From positions 1-31,236 of the forward strand of contig JADGBA010000002.1 of assembly GCA_015231685.1 (NCBI GenBank): DNA of 31,236 nucleotides, written 5' to 3'. Within the stretch, counting starts at the first letter, position 1. The number at the start of each line of letters is the position of its first letter. Positions 9,569-18,860 of the stretch are shown one piece after another. The stretch is from Candidatus Omnitrophota bacterium. Its GTDB lineage: Bacteria; Omnitrophota; Gorgyraeia; 2-02-FULL-51-18; JAGOUK01. The notes beneath the pieces were generated by a model, which was not told the origin of the DNA, did not search any database, and was given only the letters and a program-made list of their open reading frames with translations. The position numbers and the translations under genes are program-made.

Positions 9569-9672
9569 AGTGGGATATCGTACCATAGACGGGGCTTGCC
9601 GGGTCCGCTCCAACGGCATGCCGGCACTTCGATCGCTGGACCGGACCCGTATCGTTCGGTAAAATACGACCC

Positions 9673-11265
9673 ATGCCTAAACCGTCCGGACAACGCCAGA
9701 GCTGGGGCACCAAGATCGGCATCATCATGGCGGTGGCGGGATCCGCCATCGGTCTCGGGAACTTCCTGAGATTTCCGGTCCAGGCCGCCAATAACGGCGG
9801 CGGGTCCTTCATGATCCCTTACTTCATTTCGCTCATCTTTATGGGGATCCCTCTGATGTGGGTGGAATGGACCATCGGCCGCTACGGAGGCGGTTTCGGG
9901 CACGGGACCGCGCCCGGCGCCTTTCATTCCATGTGGGCCAAAAACCGCTTCATCAAGTACTTCGGAATCATCGGCATCTTTGGACCCATGGTGATTTTCA
10001 TCTATTACACTTACATCGAATCCTGGCTGCTGGGATTCACCGTATTCTCAATCACCGGCCGCGCTCTTCTCCCGGGCAGTCAGGAAGCGATGCAGTCCTT
10101 CCTGGCGGGCTACCAGGGCATCGAAACCAATGAGTACTTCACGGGCCGACTCTGGGCCTATATCTTCTTTCTGATCACCTTCGTTTTGAATATGTATGTC
10201 ATCACACATGGTATCTCCCGCGGCATTGAGCGTTTCACCAAGTGGGCCACCCCCCTCCTGCTGATCTCGGGCATTCTGCTTGCGGTTCGCATTCTCACAC
10301 TCACACCGGTCAATCCGGCCCACCCGGACTGGACAGTCACCGCCGGACTCGGATTCCTATGGAACCCCGACTTCTCCCGCCTCACCGACGCCCGCGTCTG
10401 GCTGGCTGCGGCCGGGCAAATCTTCTTCACACTGTCCGTCGGCATCGGCGCGATTCTGACCTACACGAGCTACCTCAAAAAAAACGACGATATCGTCCTT
10501 TCCGGCCTTTCGTCGGTGAGCACCAATGAATTCGCGGAAGTGGTCCTGGGCTCGAGCATCATCATTCCCGCAACGTTTCTCTTTTTTGGACCCGTCGGCA
10601 CAACCGAAATCGCCAAAAGCGGCGCGTTCAACCTCGGTTTTGTGACCATGCCCATGATTTTTCAACAAATTCCGGCGGGGCAATTCTTTGGAGCGTTGTG
10701 GTTTTCGCTTCTTTTTTTGGCGGGCGTCACATCGTCCATCTCTCTGGCCCAGCCAGCCATCACTTTTCTGGAAGACGAATTCAATATTCCCCAGGCAAAG
10801 GCTACCCGTATCTTTGCCGTCGTGACTTTTGTCCTGTGCCATTTTCCGATCCTCTTCCTGGGTCAGGGAGTTCTCGACGAAATGGATTTTTGGGGAGGAA
10901 CCTTTTGTCTGGTGGTCTTCGCCACAATTGAGTCGATCCTTTTTTCATGGGTTTTTGGAATCGATCGTGCATGGGACGAAATGCACCTGGGCTCAGAAAT
11001 TCGTGTTCCGCGCTTCTACAAGTTCATCCTCAAATATGTCACACCGCTCTTTTTGATTGCGATTCTCGTCTGGTGGTTCATTCAGCAGGGGGCTCCCGTC
11101 ATTCTGATGAAGAACATTCCGGATGAACTCAAGCCCTACGCCCTGGGCACGCGGGCGGCGCTGGTGGTGCTGGCGGTGACACTCTGTCTGCTGGTTAAAT
11201 TGGCTTGGCGGAGAAGAAAAAAAAGTGGCGACCTGCCGGATTATTCCTTGCCGGACTCCCGGTAA
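9673..11265 (+). CDS. Sodium-dependent transporter, NSS/SNF (LeuT-like) family
   Basis: GSAIGLGNFLRFP, NGGGSFMIPY, AAGQIFFTLS and AGVTSSIS motifs; about 12 TM helices. Confidence 0.95.
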   Translation: MPKPSGQRQSWGTKIGIIMAVAGSAIGLGNFLRFPVQAANNGGGSFMIPYFISLIFMGIPLMWVEWTIGRYGGGFGHGTAPGAFHSMWAKNRFIKYFGIIGIFGPMVIFIYYTYIESWLLGFTVFSITGRALLPGSQEAMQSFLAGYQGIETNEYFTGRLWAYIFFLITFVLNMYVITHGISRGIERFTKWATPLLLISGILLAVRILTLTPVNPAHPDWTVTAGLGFLWNPDFSRLTDARVWLAAAGQIFFTLSVGIGAILTYTSYLKKNDDIVLSGLSSVSTNEFAEVVLGSSIIIPATFLFFGPVGTTEIAKSGAFNLGFVTMPMIFQQIPAGQFFGALWFSLLFLAGVTSSISLAQPAITFLEDEFNIPQAKATRIFAVVTFVLCHFPILFLGQGVLDEMDFWGGTFCLVVFATIESILFSWVFGIDRAWDEMHLGSEIRVPRFYKFILKYVTPLFLIAILVWWFIQQGAPVILMKNIPDELKPYALGTRAALVVLAVTLCLLVKLAWRRRKKSGDLPDYSLPDSR

Positions 11266-11768
11266 TAGTAGACCCTCAAAGCTTCCCAGGTCTGCGGCCC
11301 TGCCAAACCATCGGCCTTGAGTCCCTTGGATGTCTGAAACGCCTTGATCGCTTCGCGGGTTTTTGCGCCGACCTTACCGTCAATGGGTCCGTCGTACATA
11401 TTGGCGCGAGCCAGTGCGATCTGGACCTTTTCATTGAAGGAGAATTCATGACCTTCTTCAAATTTGACACTCGGCGTCTTCACAACAACGGGCGCTTCGG
11501 GAGCCGCCTGCTGGGAAACCTGTTGAGCCACGGCGTGAACCTTCATCGTGTCCGCCGCGACTGCCGCAGGGGGCTGAGGGACCGGAATCACTTCGACGGC
11601 GGTCTGAGCGCTGCCCCATCCGTCCTCAATGCTGGCAAGCATTTTCAAATCCTCGTCAGACAAAAGCGCAGCTGTTTTCTTTTCCTGGCTTTTTCCGCAA
11701 CCGGCGGCAACGGACAATGCTGAAATCAAGAATACGAGTAAAAGCGGGTGGCGAAGTTTCATAAGCAT
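11241..11768 (-). CDS. Lipoprotein with a C-terminal peptidoglycan-binding (PG_binding_1-like) domain
   Basis: Lipobox VAAGC; VQIAL...YDGPIDGKVGAKTREAIKAFQ...GLKADGLAGPQTW. The start may be 11762. Confidence 0.85.
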   Translation of the reverse strand: MLMKLRHPLLLVFLISALSVAAGCGKSQEKKTAALLSDEDLKMLASIEDGWGSAQTAVEVIPVPQPPAAVAADTMKVHAVAQQVSQQAAPEAPVVVKTPSVKFEEGHEFSFNEKVQIALARANMYDGPIDGKVGAKTREAIKAFQTSKGLKADGLAGPQTWEALRVYYYRESGKE

Positions 11769-11856
11769 GATGTTATCTCAAGCCTCCCATGAGGTCAAGC
11801 CAATTGAGTTGAATGTTTTTTTAATACCTAGCATAATTTACTCTAATTAATTATTA

Positions 11857-12153
11857 TTACATTTTATTTAACATTTTTAACTGAGCAACTTCCTCTTCCA
11901 AACTCTTGATCTTCGCGTCGCTAGCGTCAATCCTCGCCGAAAGTTCATGCACCTTTTTCTGCAGATACTCTTCCATCGGCATAAACTCAACAACATTACC
12001 CTTGGTCTGAATCGGCATATCCGCCGGAACCTTCATGCGAATACCGTTAATCTTCTTGATAACCATTCCATCATCATCTGCGGCCGGCGCCGTCACGCCC
12101 ATGAGGCCAACCCCGGCAGCCACAATCACTGCCCCCAACAGTCGTCTTGTCAT
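11857..12153 (-). CDS. Small exported protein with a C-terminal coiled coil
   Basis: Signal peptide and heptad-rich C-terminus; ATGA overlap with the upstream gene. Confidence 0.65.
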   Translation of the reverse strand: MTRRLLGAVIVAAGVGLMGVTAPAADDDGMVIKKINGIRMKVPADMPIQTKGNVVEFMPMEEYLQKKVHELSARIDASDAKIKSLEEEVAQLKMLNKM

Positions 12154-13097
12154 TTCTTTTCGAATATATCACCCGGGATCATGCGCTTCTGATCCACTTT
12201 GAGTCTCAGCTCAGCCCTGAGCATCCTGAGTTCGACATCCTTGGCGTCTTTGGCGTTGGGCAGCAACTCAAGATATCTCTGATAGTGCGCCACCGCCTCT
12301 TTGGGTTGGTCAAGCTTCACGTCCTGCAGTACGGCCATGTTGTAATGAGCCAGCGCATCAGCCGGATTAAAACCCAATGCATAGTCGAATTCTTTGACAG
12401 CTTCCTCGTATTGCCCGCTCCGCATCAAGTACACCCCGAGATTGTAATGCGCGGCCGAAGCGTCCCGTTTCATCAGCCTGACCTGCTCGCTCAGGGCATC
12501 AGCCTTTTCGAATAGGGCGGCCGGCGCAACATCGGCAGGTGCGGCCGGCTGATCGGCTTCAGCGTCGGCGTTGGGGGCGTTCGCCGCAGCAGGCGATACC
12601 TTCAGTTGGGATTCCAAATCCGCGATTTTGAGTCTGGCATCAACCAGCTGACCCTGAAGATTCTTCACAAACGCCTCGTTAACCGGCGATGAGGCTTTAC
12701 GCGCAACTTCCTGTGCAGATCGGAGCGCGGCCTCGAGCTCGCCGATTCGCAACTGCAGTTTTTGGCGGACGGCGCCGAGCACCGCCATCTGCTTGAGCTG
12801 GGTCTCGTGCGACGCCCTTAGAGAACTCATTTCTTCAACGAGTTTCCTGGCCTGCTCCGCATCCATAGTATTAGCCGAAGCCTCTACACTTTGACTCTCC
12901 TGCGCGGCCGTGTTTTGGGAAAGCCGCTCCAGCGCTTTCTGGGTCGAAAGCAATTGTGCTTCTGTCTCCAGGAGATTCGACTCGAGGATCACATTGGATT
13001 TTCGGGCTTCGGTCCACTGCCATGTCAAAAGCGCCAATCCCGCTCCTGCCATCAACAGAAGCAGCCACCCAAGAAGCACCTTGTACAATCTCCTCAA
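12150..13097 (-). CDS. Membrane-anchored coiled-coil and TPR protein
   Basis: N-terminal TM, long coiled coil, Ala/Pro linker, TPRs AHYNLGVYL and AHYNMAVL; TTG start overlaps the secretin stop. Confidence 0.8.
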   Translation of the reverse strand: MRRLYKVLLGWLLLLMAGAGLALLTWQWTEARKSNVILESNLLETEAQLLSTQKALERLSQNTAAQESQSVEASANTMDAEQARKLVEEMSSLRASHETQLKQMAVLGAVRQKLQLRIGELEAALRSAQEVARKASSPVNEAFVKNLQGQLVDARLKIADLESQLKVSPAAANAPNADAEADQPAAPADVAPAALFEKADALSEQVRLMKRDASAAHYNLGVYLMRSGQYEEAVKEFDYALGFNPADALAHYNMAVLQDVKLDQPKEAVAHYQRYLELLPNAKDAKDVELRMLRAELRLKVDQKRMIPGDIFEKK

Positions 13098-14950
13098 ACG
13101 CCACCCCCGGCCTTGGGCGCGCTTTCTTGAGGGTAAGCCTGGAGGCCCTTTGCAATTTTATCAATGTCCGGCGTCACGTCTTGAGGCAGCTTGGTTCCCG
13201 CCGGAGGCAGCGGCGCCGCAACCGCAGACTGAACCGGTTGGGTGGTTTCATTTGAAGGCGCTTCAGCTTTGGGAGATTGCGCTGAAGCTGCCGGTTGCGC
13301 CGGCAAAGAAAGCGTGGAATAGTCTTGCAGGCCTTTGACCGGCCCAAGGTCCTCCACTTCTATCACAACATCCTCTTCGGCGGTGATGCGCTCCGACTTG
13401 CTCAGGTATTCCCTGTAATCACCCACCGCACTCGGACGATCGTGAATGTAGTTGGCTTCACCCCCGATGATATGAGGAGTCATAAACAGAATGAGCTCAA
13501 ATTCCTCGGTATCGGTTTCTTCACTTCGGAAGAATTCCTTAAAAAAGGGCAGATCCCCGAAGAACGGCAGCTTCCGGATGGTCGAGGTGTTCTCGGTTTT
13601 CCTCAGACCCCCGATCATCACTGTGGTGCCGTCCTTCACGCTGATCTTCGTTTCAACCTCGGTCGTGTCCACGATAGGAATCTCGTTGTTGGACGGCGTT
13701 GTGAGCGTCCGTGCCACACTGGAGATTTCGGGCTTCACGGCCATGGTTACAAATCCGTTCTTATTGATTTGCGGCGTGACATAAAGGGAAATACCGACAT
13801 CAATAAAGCTGACATCCTCGGCGGTGGTGCTGGTGGAACTTCCCGTCGTGGTGGTTGACGTTACATAGGCTTCACGTGTACCGATCAGGATCTTCGCCTC
13901 CTGGCCTTCAACGACGGTAATGCGCGGATTGGCAAGAATCTTGGATTCTCCCAGCGTTTTAAGAAACTCAAAGACCACTTCAAAATAGTCCGTTGTGAGT
14001 CCGGCGAAGGTCACCAGGCCTCCCGTGCCGAGACTGCGCGAAAACAGCCCTTGCAGGTTGAGTGACTCCAATTTGTCCGTAAAAATTTTCTGCCAGTCGA
14101 TCCCCTGGTCATAGTCATCACTCAGGATTACCTTGACGATCATCGTGTCGATCACCACCTCACGGGTCTTGCGATCGAGAGTGGCGACCAAATGCCGGAT
14201 TTCCTTCATCCGTTCCGGCAGCGCGCTGACGACGATCTGATTGGATCGAATGTCTGCCGTCAGCTCTGCCGCCTCCTGCACCCCGGCGGAAGCAAGAAGC
14301 GCCTGCATATCCTCTGCCTTCGCATAATCGAGATCAAAAATTTCCTTCTCCAGCGGTTGATCGAGTTCCGCAATGATATCCGTCATCACATTGATCTTGG
14401 CGGGAATGTCGACCAAAAAGAGAGTGCCCGTCTTCTGATCAGCCACCACACTGCCAACGTCACTTTTGGCCGCGTCGAGCATCTTGAACACCTGCTCGGT
14501 GGAAGCGTATTGAAGACGGTGAATGCGTACTTCGCGCTCATCATCATAGGACACGCCGTAGCGTGCCGTGTACTCCTGCATCGTCATGATGTACACCACC
14601 GGCCCGCGCTGGACATGCGCCAGACTGTTCGACAAAAGCACAATGTCCAGGATATCCGCGATACGGACATCCGTCAGATGGAGCGTCACACGCCCCGTCA
14701 CATTGGGGCTGAAATAGATGTTGAATTTGCCTTTCTTGGCCAGAAAGGTGAGCACCTCGACAACATCACTGTCCCGAAGGTCGATCGAAACGCGCTCCTC
14801 GATACCTTGGATAAATCCCATCGATTCGTCAGCAGGAGACGCTGTTCCGGGACAAACGATCAGCATCTGCACGCAAAGAAGCGCGACGGTCATCCGCCGG
14901 AACCACCGCTTGGTTCGTTGTCCGATCATGATTAAGCTCATCTGAGTCAC
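13094..14950 (-). CDS. Secretin (GspD/PilQ family)
   Basis: N0-like VSIDLRDSDV...VTGRVTL, N-domain repeats, ILANPRITVVEGQEAKILIG, DVGISLYVTPQI, KLPFFGDLP and ELILFMTPHI motifs. Confidence 0.93.
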   Translation of the reverse strand: MTQMSLIMIGQRTKRWFRRMTVALLCVQMLIVCPGTASPADESMGFIQGIEERVSIDLRDSDVVEVLTFLAKKGKFNIYFSPNVTGRVTLHLTDVRIADILDIVLLSNSLAHVQRGPVVYIMTMQEYTARYGVSYDDEREVRIHRLQYASTEQVFKMLDAAKSDVGSVVADQKTGTLFLVDIPAKINVMTDIIAELDQPLEKEIFDLDYAKAEDMQALLASAGVQEAAELTADIRSNQIVVSALPERMKEIRHLVATLDRKTREVVIDTMIVKVILSDDYDQGIDWQKIFTDKLESLNLQGLFSRSLGTGGLVTFAGLTTDYFEVVFEFLKTLGESKILANPRITVVEGQEAKILIGTREAYVTSTTTTGSSTSTTAEDVSFIDVGISLYVTPQINKNGFVTMAVKPEISSVARTLTTPSNNEIPIVDTTEVETKISVKDGTTVMIGGLRKTENTSTIRKLPFFGDLPFFKEFFRSEETDTEEFELILFMTPHIIGGEANYIHDRPSAVGDYREYLSKSERITAEEDVVIEVEDLGPVKGLQDYSTLSLPAQPAASAQSPKAEAPSNETTQPVQSAVAAPLPPAGTKLPQDVTPDIDKIAKGLQAYPQESAPKAGGGV

Positions 14951-15774
14951 TCCAGCCTCAGCTCCGCATTTCCGTCCGAAATCACCACACCGTTCGCTTC
15001 AATCTTGACAATCTTAATCCCCTTCACAAGCCCTCCGACTCCGACGGTATAGGTCCTTTGTTCCTCAATGTCCTCGATCAGCGCCTCTGGATGATCCGAC
15101 AGGTAAATGCCGGTCAACCGCAATTTCCCGGCAACCTGCGACAATCGCGCGCTTGGCTCACTTTCTGCCGTGTTCTCTCCGGCCACGATGGCTTTCGGCG
15201 TCCATGGCTGAAAAATATTTCTTTCCGCAAAAACGTCGCCATTTTCCTCAATGTCGACAAGATCAAAAAGGTCTCGAGGCACATCCAAAACTGAAGGGGC
15301 CTTGATCTGTGTGCTGATCCTCGAAACGAAACGGTCCTCAGGGGTCGCCTTCATCACAAAAACCTCCGCAACGAAGTAAGTTGTCACCGCCAAAAGAACC
15401 ACCACAAGAAACGCATTGATATTCCGCACCGCCAGGGCCCGGCGCACGGCACTGCGTCTTTGGGGAGAGAATGTACGTACGCCAAATGCCCCCGCCGTGC
15501 CCGACCTGATTTGCGCACGCGCCCTTCTCAATGTCTCGCGAAGGCGTGCCCACAACCCAGAAACACCGCCTACGGCCCGACCCAAAAAACCTGCACCGCC
15601 TTCAGCCGCCTGGCCCGCCCCCTCTCCGTCAGGCGTTTCGCCGGCTTCTCCACTCCCGGGGTCCTGTGCTATCCCCGCTGGCACCGATTCGGGTTCCTGA
15701 GAAGACTTCTCCTCCGGCCCGCTCCGGATGATGTTAAACAGCCGCTCTTCCGGTGTGAGATCGCTCGAAGACAT
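14947..15774 (-). CDS. GspC/PilP-like inner-membrane protein
   Basis: Single TM; C-terminal LRLTGIYLSDHPEALIED...VGGLVKGIKIVKIEANGVVI resembles the GspC HR domain; immediately upstream of the secretin; start moved to ATG 15774. Confidence 0.65.
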   Translation of the reverse strand: MSSSDLTPEERLFNIIRSGPEEKSSQEPESVPAGIAQDPGSGEAGETPDGEGAGQAAEGGAGFLGRAVGGVSGLWARLRETLRRARAQIRSGTAGAFGVRTFSPQRRSAVRRALAVRNINAFLVVVLLAVTTYFVAEVFVMKATPEDRFVSRISTQIKAPSVLDVPRDLFDLVDIEENGDVFAERNIFQPWTPKAIVAGENTAESEPSARLSQVAGKLRLTGIYLSDHPEALIEDIEEQRTYTVGVGGLVKGIKIVKIEANGVVISDGNAELRLE

Positions 15775-16669
15775 GGGTTCCGTTTGTGGCCGTACCCGGC
15801 CGGGACTCATTGCGTGCCAGGGAACCCAGCAGTCTGCCGCCGATGAGCACCTCTCGCTCAAGAATCTCATCCACCGTCTGCCGGTCCACCCGGGATCGAC
15901 CGTTCATCACCAGGGATTCGAGGCAATCATGACACAGCTGCGTGATCCTGCGCGGGTACCCCCTCGTGACCTGATAAATCGATTGAAGCGCCTCATCGGA
16001 AAAAAGCCCGTTCTCGGGCCCCGCTCCGGAAACCTGCATCCGAAACGCGATCATCTGCCGCGCCTCTTCAAAAGAAAGCGTTCTCAAGAGCGCCTTCATG
16101 CTGATTCGGTCCCAAAAATTTTTGACTTTCAGAAGCCGCGGAACCAGATCAAGCTGCGAAAACATCACCGCCTGCAGCAGCTTATGGTCATTGGTTTCGT
16201 AATTAAGAAGACCCCGCAACACTTCGAGCGAGGCTTCATTCATCTTCTGCGCCTCATCCACAACGAGAACGACTGTCTTTTTTTCCTCGACGCCTTTTTG
16301 AAAAAGATAATGGCGAATCGCCGCTGACATTTCAGCAAATCCCGCCGGCTGGCCGTCCATCACGGTGGCCACTCCAAACTGCTCGCAAATGGCCCTCAAA
16401 AAATCGGCCGCACCTTCAAAGCCCGGATTCAGAATCACCCGGACAATCATTCCGGCATCACACGCCATCATCTGGCAGAATTTCCGGCTGAGAGTCGTCT
16501 TCCCGGTCCCCACATCCCCCAGAATGAGGGATTGGCCCCTGCGAAGCTTCACCGCCACACACAACCGGTACAGCGCCGACTTGTGTTCACGCGACAAGAA
16601 AAGCAAATCGGGGTCCGGACTTGTTGAAAACGGCTCTCTGGAAAGATTCAGATGCGAATAATAACTCAC
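15734..16669 (-). CDS. ExeA/GspA/MshM-family AAA ATPase
   Basis: LSREPFSTSPDP, Walker A GDVGTGKT, Walker B VLVVDEAQ, RGYPRRI; GTG start. Confidence 0.9.
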   Translation of the reverse strand: MSYYSHLNLSREPFSTSPDPDLLFLSREHKSALYRLCVAVKLRRGQSLILGDVGTGKTTLSRKFCQMMACDAGMIVRVILNPGFEGAADFLRAICEQFGVATVMDGQPAGFAEMSAAIRHYLFQKGVEEKKTVVLVVDEAQKMNEASLEVLRGLLNYETNDHKLLQAVMFSQLDLVPRLLKVKNFWDRISMKALLRTLSFEEARQMIAFRMQVSGAGPENGLFSDEALQSIYQVTRGYPRRITQLCHDCLESLVMNGRSRVDRQTVDEILEREVLIGGRLLGSLARNESRPGTATNGTHVFERSHTGRAAV

Positions 16670-16749
16670 GAGCTTCCTGTTATTCTCCTTTTGGCAATCC
16701 CGCTCAAAATCGCTAAATTATAATAACAAGGGATAACACAATTAGATAA

Positions 16750-16779
16750 ATAATACAACAGTTAACAACTATTAGTCAA
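16750..16779 (-). promoter_or_regulatory. Internal sigma70-type promoter upstream of the exeA-like gene
   Basis: TTGACT (16779-16774), 18 bp, TATTAT (16755-16750) in an AT-rich spacer. Confidence 0.55.
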
Positions 16780-16822
16780 TGCTAAAAACGGTTAAGAAAT
16801 TAAATGCAGGGACTATAGGGGA

Positions 16823-17380
16823 CTATTCCGCGAACACAACTCGTTTGACAGTCACGTAGGATTTGATCTTATTCACATCCGTGGGGTGAGGCAGCATCCG
16901 GTACTCTTCAATGGTGTAGAGTTTCTTGGTTCTGACAAGATCAGCCATAAACAGCACCCATTGCCTCATCGTGGACTCGACTTGCATCCGCACCCGATAT
17001 TCCCCGGCGCCGCCTTCCCCTATATCCGGGGCCTGCGGCTTGACTTCCTTCAGCTCCAACCCGTGGCTGCGGGCCTTCAATTCAAGATCATGCAGCATGG
17101 ACGAAGGGATGCTTTCCGGGTCGGTGTCCGTGAGATCCAGCCTCTGAAGCATCAGTGACCGTATGGCGTCAAGCAGGGGCTTTTGGGCGAGACTGGACAT
17201 GTTGTGCAGAGCTGCTCGCTCGCGAAGAAGAATGGTTTCCCTGAGTTCCGAAATACTCCGCGCCAGGGGCCGGATCACACCATAGTCCGAGACCACCAAA
17301 AGCACCAAAACAAGCGCAGCGCTCAAAACGGTCCGCTCCCTCCGCGAGAGCGCGTTGAACCTGTCTGTGAGCTTCTTCAA
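16823..17380 (-). CDS. GspM/PilO-like inner-membrane platform protein
   Basis: FNALSRRERTVL followed by a TM, coiled coil and ferredoxin-like C-terminus. Start set at TTG 17380, 1 nt after the upstream stop; the ORF track gives 17422. Confidence 0.75.
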   Translation of the reverse strand: MKKLTDRFNALSRRERTVLSAALVLVLLVVSDYGVIRPLARSISELRETILLRERAALHNMSSLAQKPLLDAIRSLMLQRLDLTDTDPESIPSSMLHDLELKARSHGLELKEVKPQAPDIGEGGAGEYRVRMQVESTMRQWVLFMADLVRTKKLYTIEEYRMLPHPTDVNKIKSYVTVKRVVFAE

Positions 17381-17381
17381 T

Positions 17382-18860
17382 TTAGGAACGATGGACGACG
17401 CTGTCAATTTCAAAATCGACAAACTCCTTGTCTTTGACTATCCGCTTCGTGAGATGCTGTGTTTTGACCTCCCGGAAGAGCTTGCTCTGTTCAAGCTCAT
17501 TGACCAAGCTGAATACCTGTGTCATTTCGCTCGCCCGCCCCCGGATTGTAAAAATACGGTTAGCGGATAAGGCCACTTCAGTCAGATAAATCTCGTGGGG
17601 CAGCACGCGGTGAAGATACAAAAGCTCCCTGAACTCATCCGCAGTCGCGTCGTTGAGGTCCATGATCTGTTTGATGAAGCTGCGCGTGCGGCCGACAGCC
17701 TGTGTTTCGGCTTCCGTTGTTCGTACCCGTTCACGAAGCCACTCCGCGTATTGGCGTTTTCCGAAAAAAGCCGAAATAAAAATTCCCATGAGGATTATGA
17801 AAATCGAAAAACCCAGAGCGCCCAGAATCAGAAGGTCCCGCCCTTTCTGGATGAGAGCCGCTTCAATGACAATCTCCTGCGGCAGCAGATTGATCCGTGG
17901 CGGTTTTTCCATGCGCGCAAAACCCAGCACGGCGGACATCGAAACCTCCTCCGTGAACGATTGCCTGCCTGCGGCCGCCCGGAGTATTTTGCGGGTGGTT
18001 TCTTCCAGACTCAGCTTCTGAGGCTGCAGTTTGACGGCATCTTTGAGTTTGGCGGAAAGTGTTTCCAGCGCGCCCGTCGCGCCTGTCACCACAAAAGCCG
18101 CAAGCTCCCGCGCTGTGTCCTCGGTCTGATAGATCTGCAGACATCGCGCAATATCCGAGGTCAGCTTCGCCCCCCACACCTCAAGCGATTCGTGCAGGCG
18201 GTCCGCCCCGATGGAAATGGTCTGCGAAAACAAAATCCCTGATCCCTGATATACAAAAAAATTGGAGTTTTCTGAATCCACATCCAGCACCCCGACCACC
18301 TGATTCGCAGCTGCAGGGTGCTTCAAAGCTTTGAGTTCCGCCCGAATCCACGCCGCACTGCCCTCAATCGCGAAGGCGATATGATGTGTTTTCATTCCGG
18401 CATCCTGAAGAACGCGAAGTGTGCGGTTCAAAATTCTCCGGTGGGCAATCACCAGCATGACGTGAGAATATCCGGGACGGGCCGTCTTGATGGCCGCGTC
18501 TTCCTCCAGAATCACCGAATAGTCATAAATGATTTCATCTTCCGCGTACGGGGTCTGCTTGGCGGCCTGCAGACGGACGATTTTTTGGATCTCTGCCGGA
18601 TCCGTTGAAGGGACTTCCAGAACACGTGCGGCGAGTTGCTGCCGCGGAATGGAAATCACGAGATCCTTCGGGCGAACCGCATATTTCTTGAAGAGAAGGA
18701 CGAGATCGCTCGAGGCGTCCGCGTCCTGCGAAGACAGGAGAATCGTCCCCGCATCGACAAGCTCAAAACTTCCCAGAGCATGCCGGGTGAACGCCCATTT
18801 TAGCCAGTGACTTCCCAGCTCCAGGACAAAACGCTGGGGAGTCCGCTTCGTGAAGATCAT
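17382..18860 (-). CDS. PilM/PilN (GspL-like) fusion
   Basis: Actin-like N-region (VLELGSHWLK, VLDVDSENSNF, VVTGATG), RINLLP, TM, PilN-like C-terminus (IYLTEV...IRGRA); ATG 18860 overlaps the gspK stop. Confidence 0.8.
   Translation of the reverse strand: MIFTKRTPQRFVLELGSHWLKWAFTRHALGSFELVDAGTILLSSQDADASSDLVLLFKKYAVRPKDLVISIPRQQLAARVLEVPSTDPAEIQKIVRLQAAKQTPYAEDEIIYDYSVILEEDAAIKTARPGYSHVMLVIAHRRILNRTLRVLQDAGMKTHHIAFAIEGSAAWIRAELKALKHPAAANQVVGVLDVDSENSNFFVYQGSGILFSQTISIGADRLHESLEVWGAKLTSDIARCLQIYQTEDTARELAAFVVTGATGALETLSAKLKDAVKLQPQKLSLEETTRKILRAAAGRQSFTEEVSMSAVLGFARMEKPPRINLLPQEIVIEAALIQKGRDLLILGALGFSIFIILMGIFISAFFGKRQYAEWLRERVRTTEAETQAVGRTRSFIKQIMDLNDATADEFRELLYLHRVLPHEIYLTEVALSANRIFTIRGRASEMTQVFSLVNELEQSKLFREVKTQHLTKRIVKDKEFVDFEIDSVVHRS

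Noticed and set aside
11241-11265. 25-nt convergent overlap of the transporter and lipoprotein genes
   Set aside because: Short tail-to-tail overlaps are common in compact genomes
13094-13330. Pro/Ala/Gln-rich secretin tail as an extra domain
   Set aside because: Low-complexity, probably disordered; no repeat unit or motif supports a domain call
16808-16826. GGGACTAT tandem copy at the end of the PilO-like gene
   Set aside because: Only two 8-bp copies, one including the stop codon; compatible with chance
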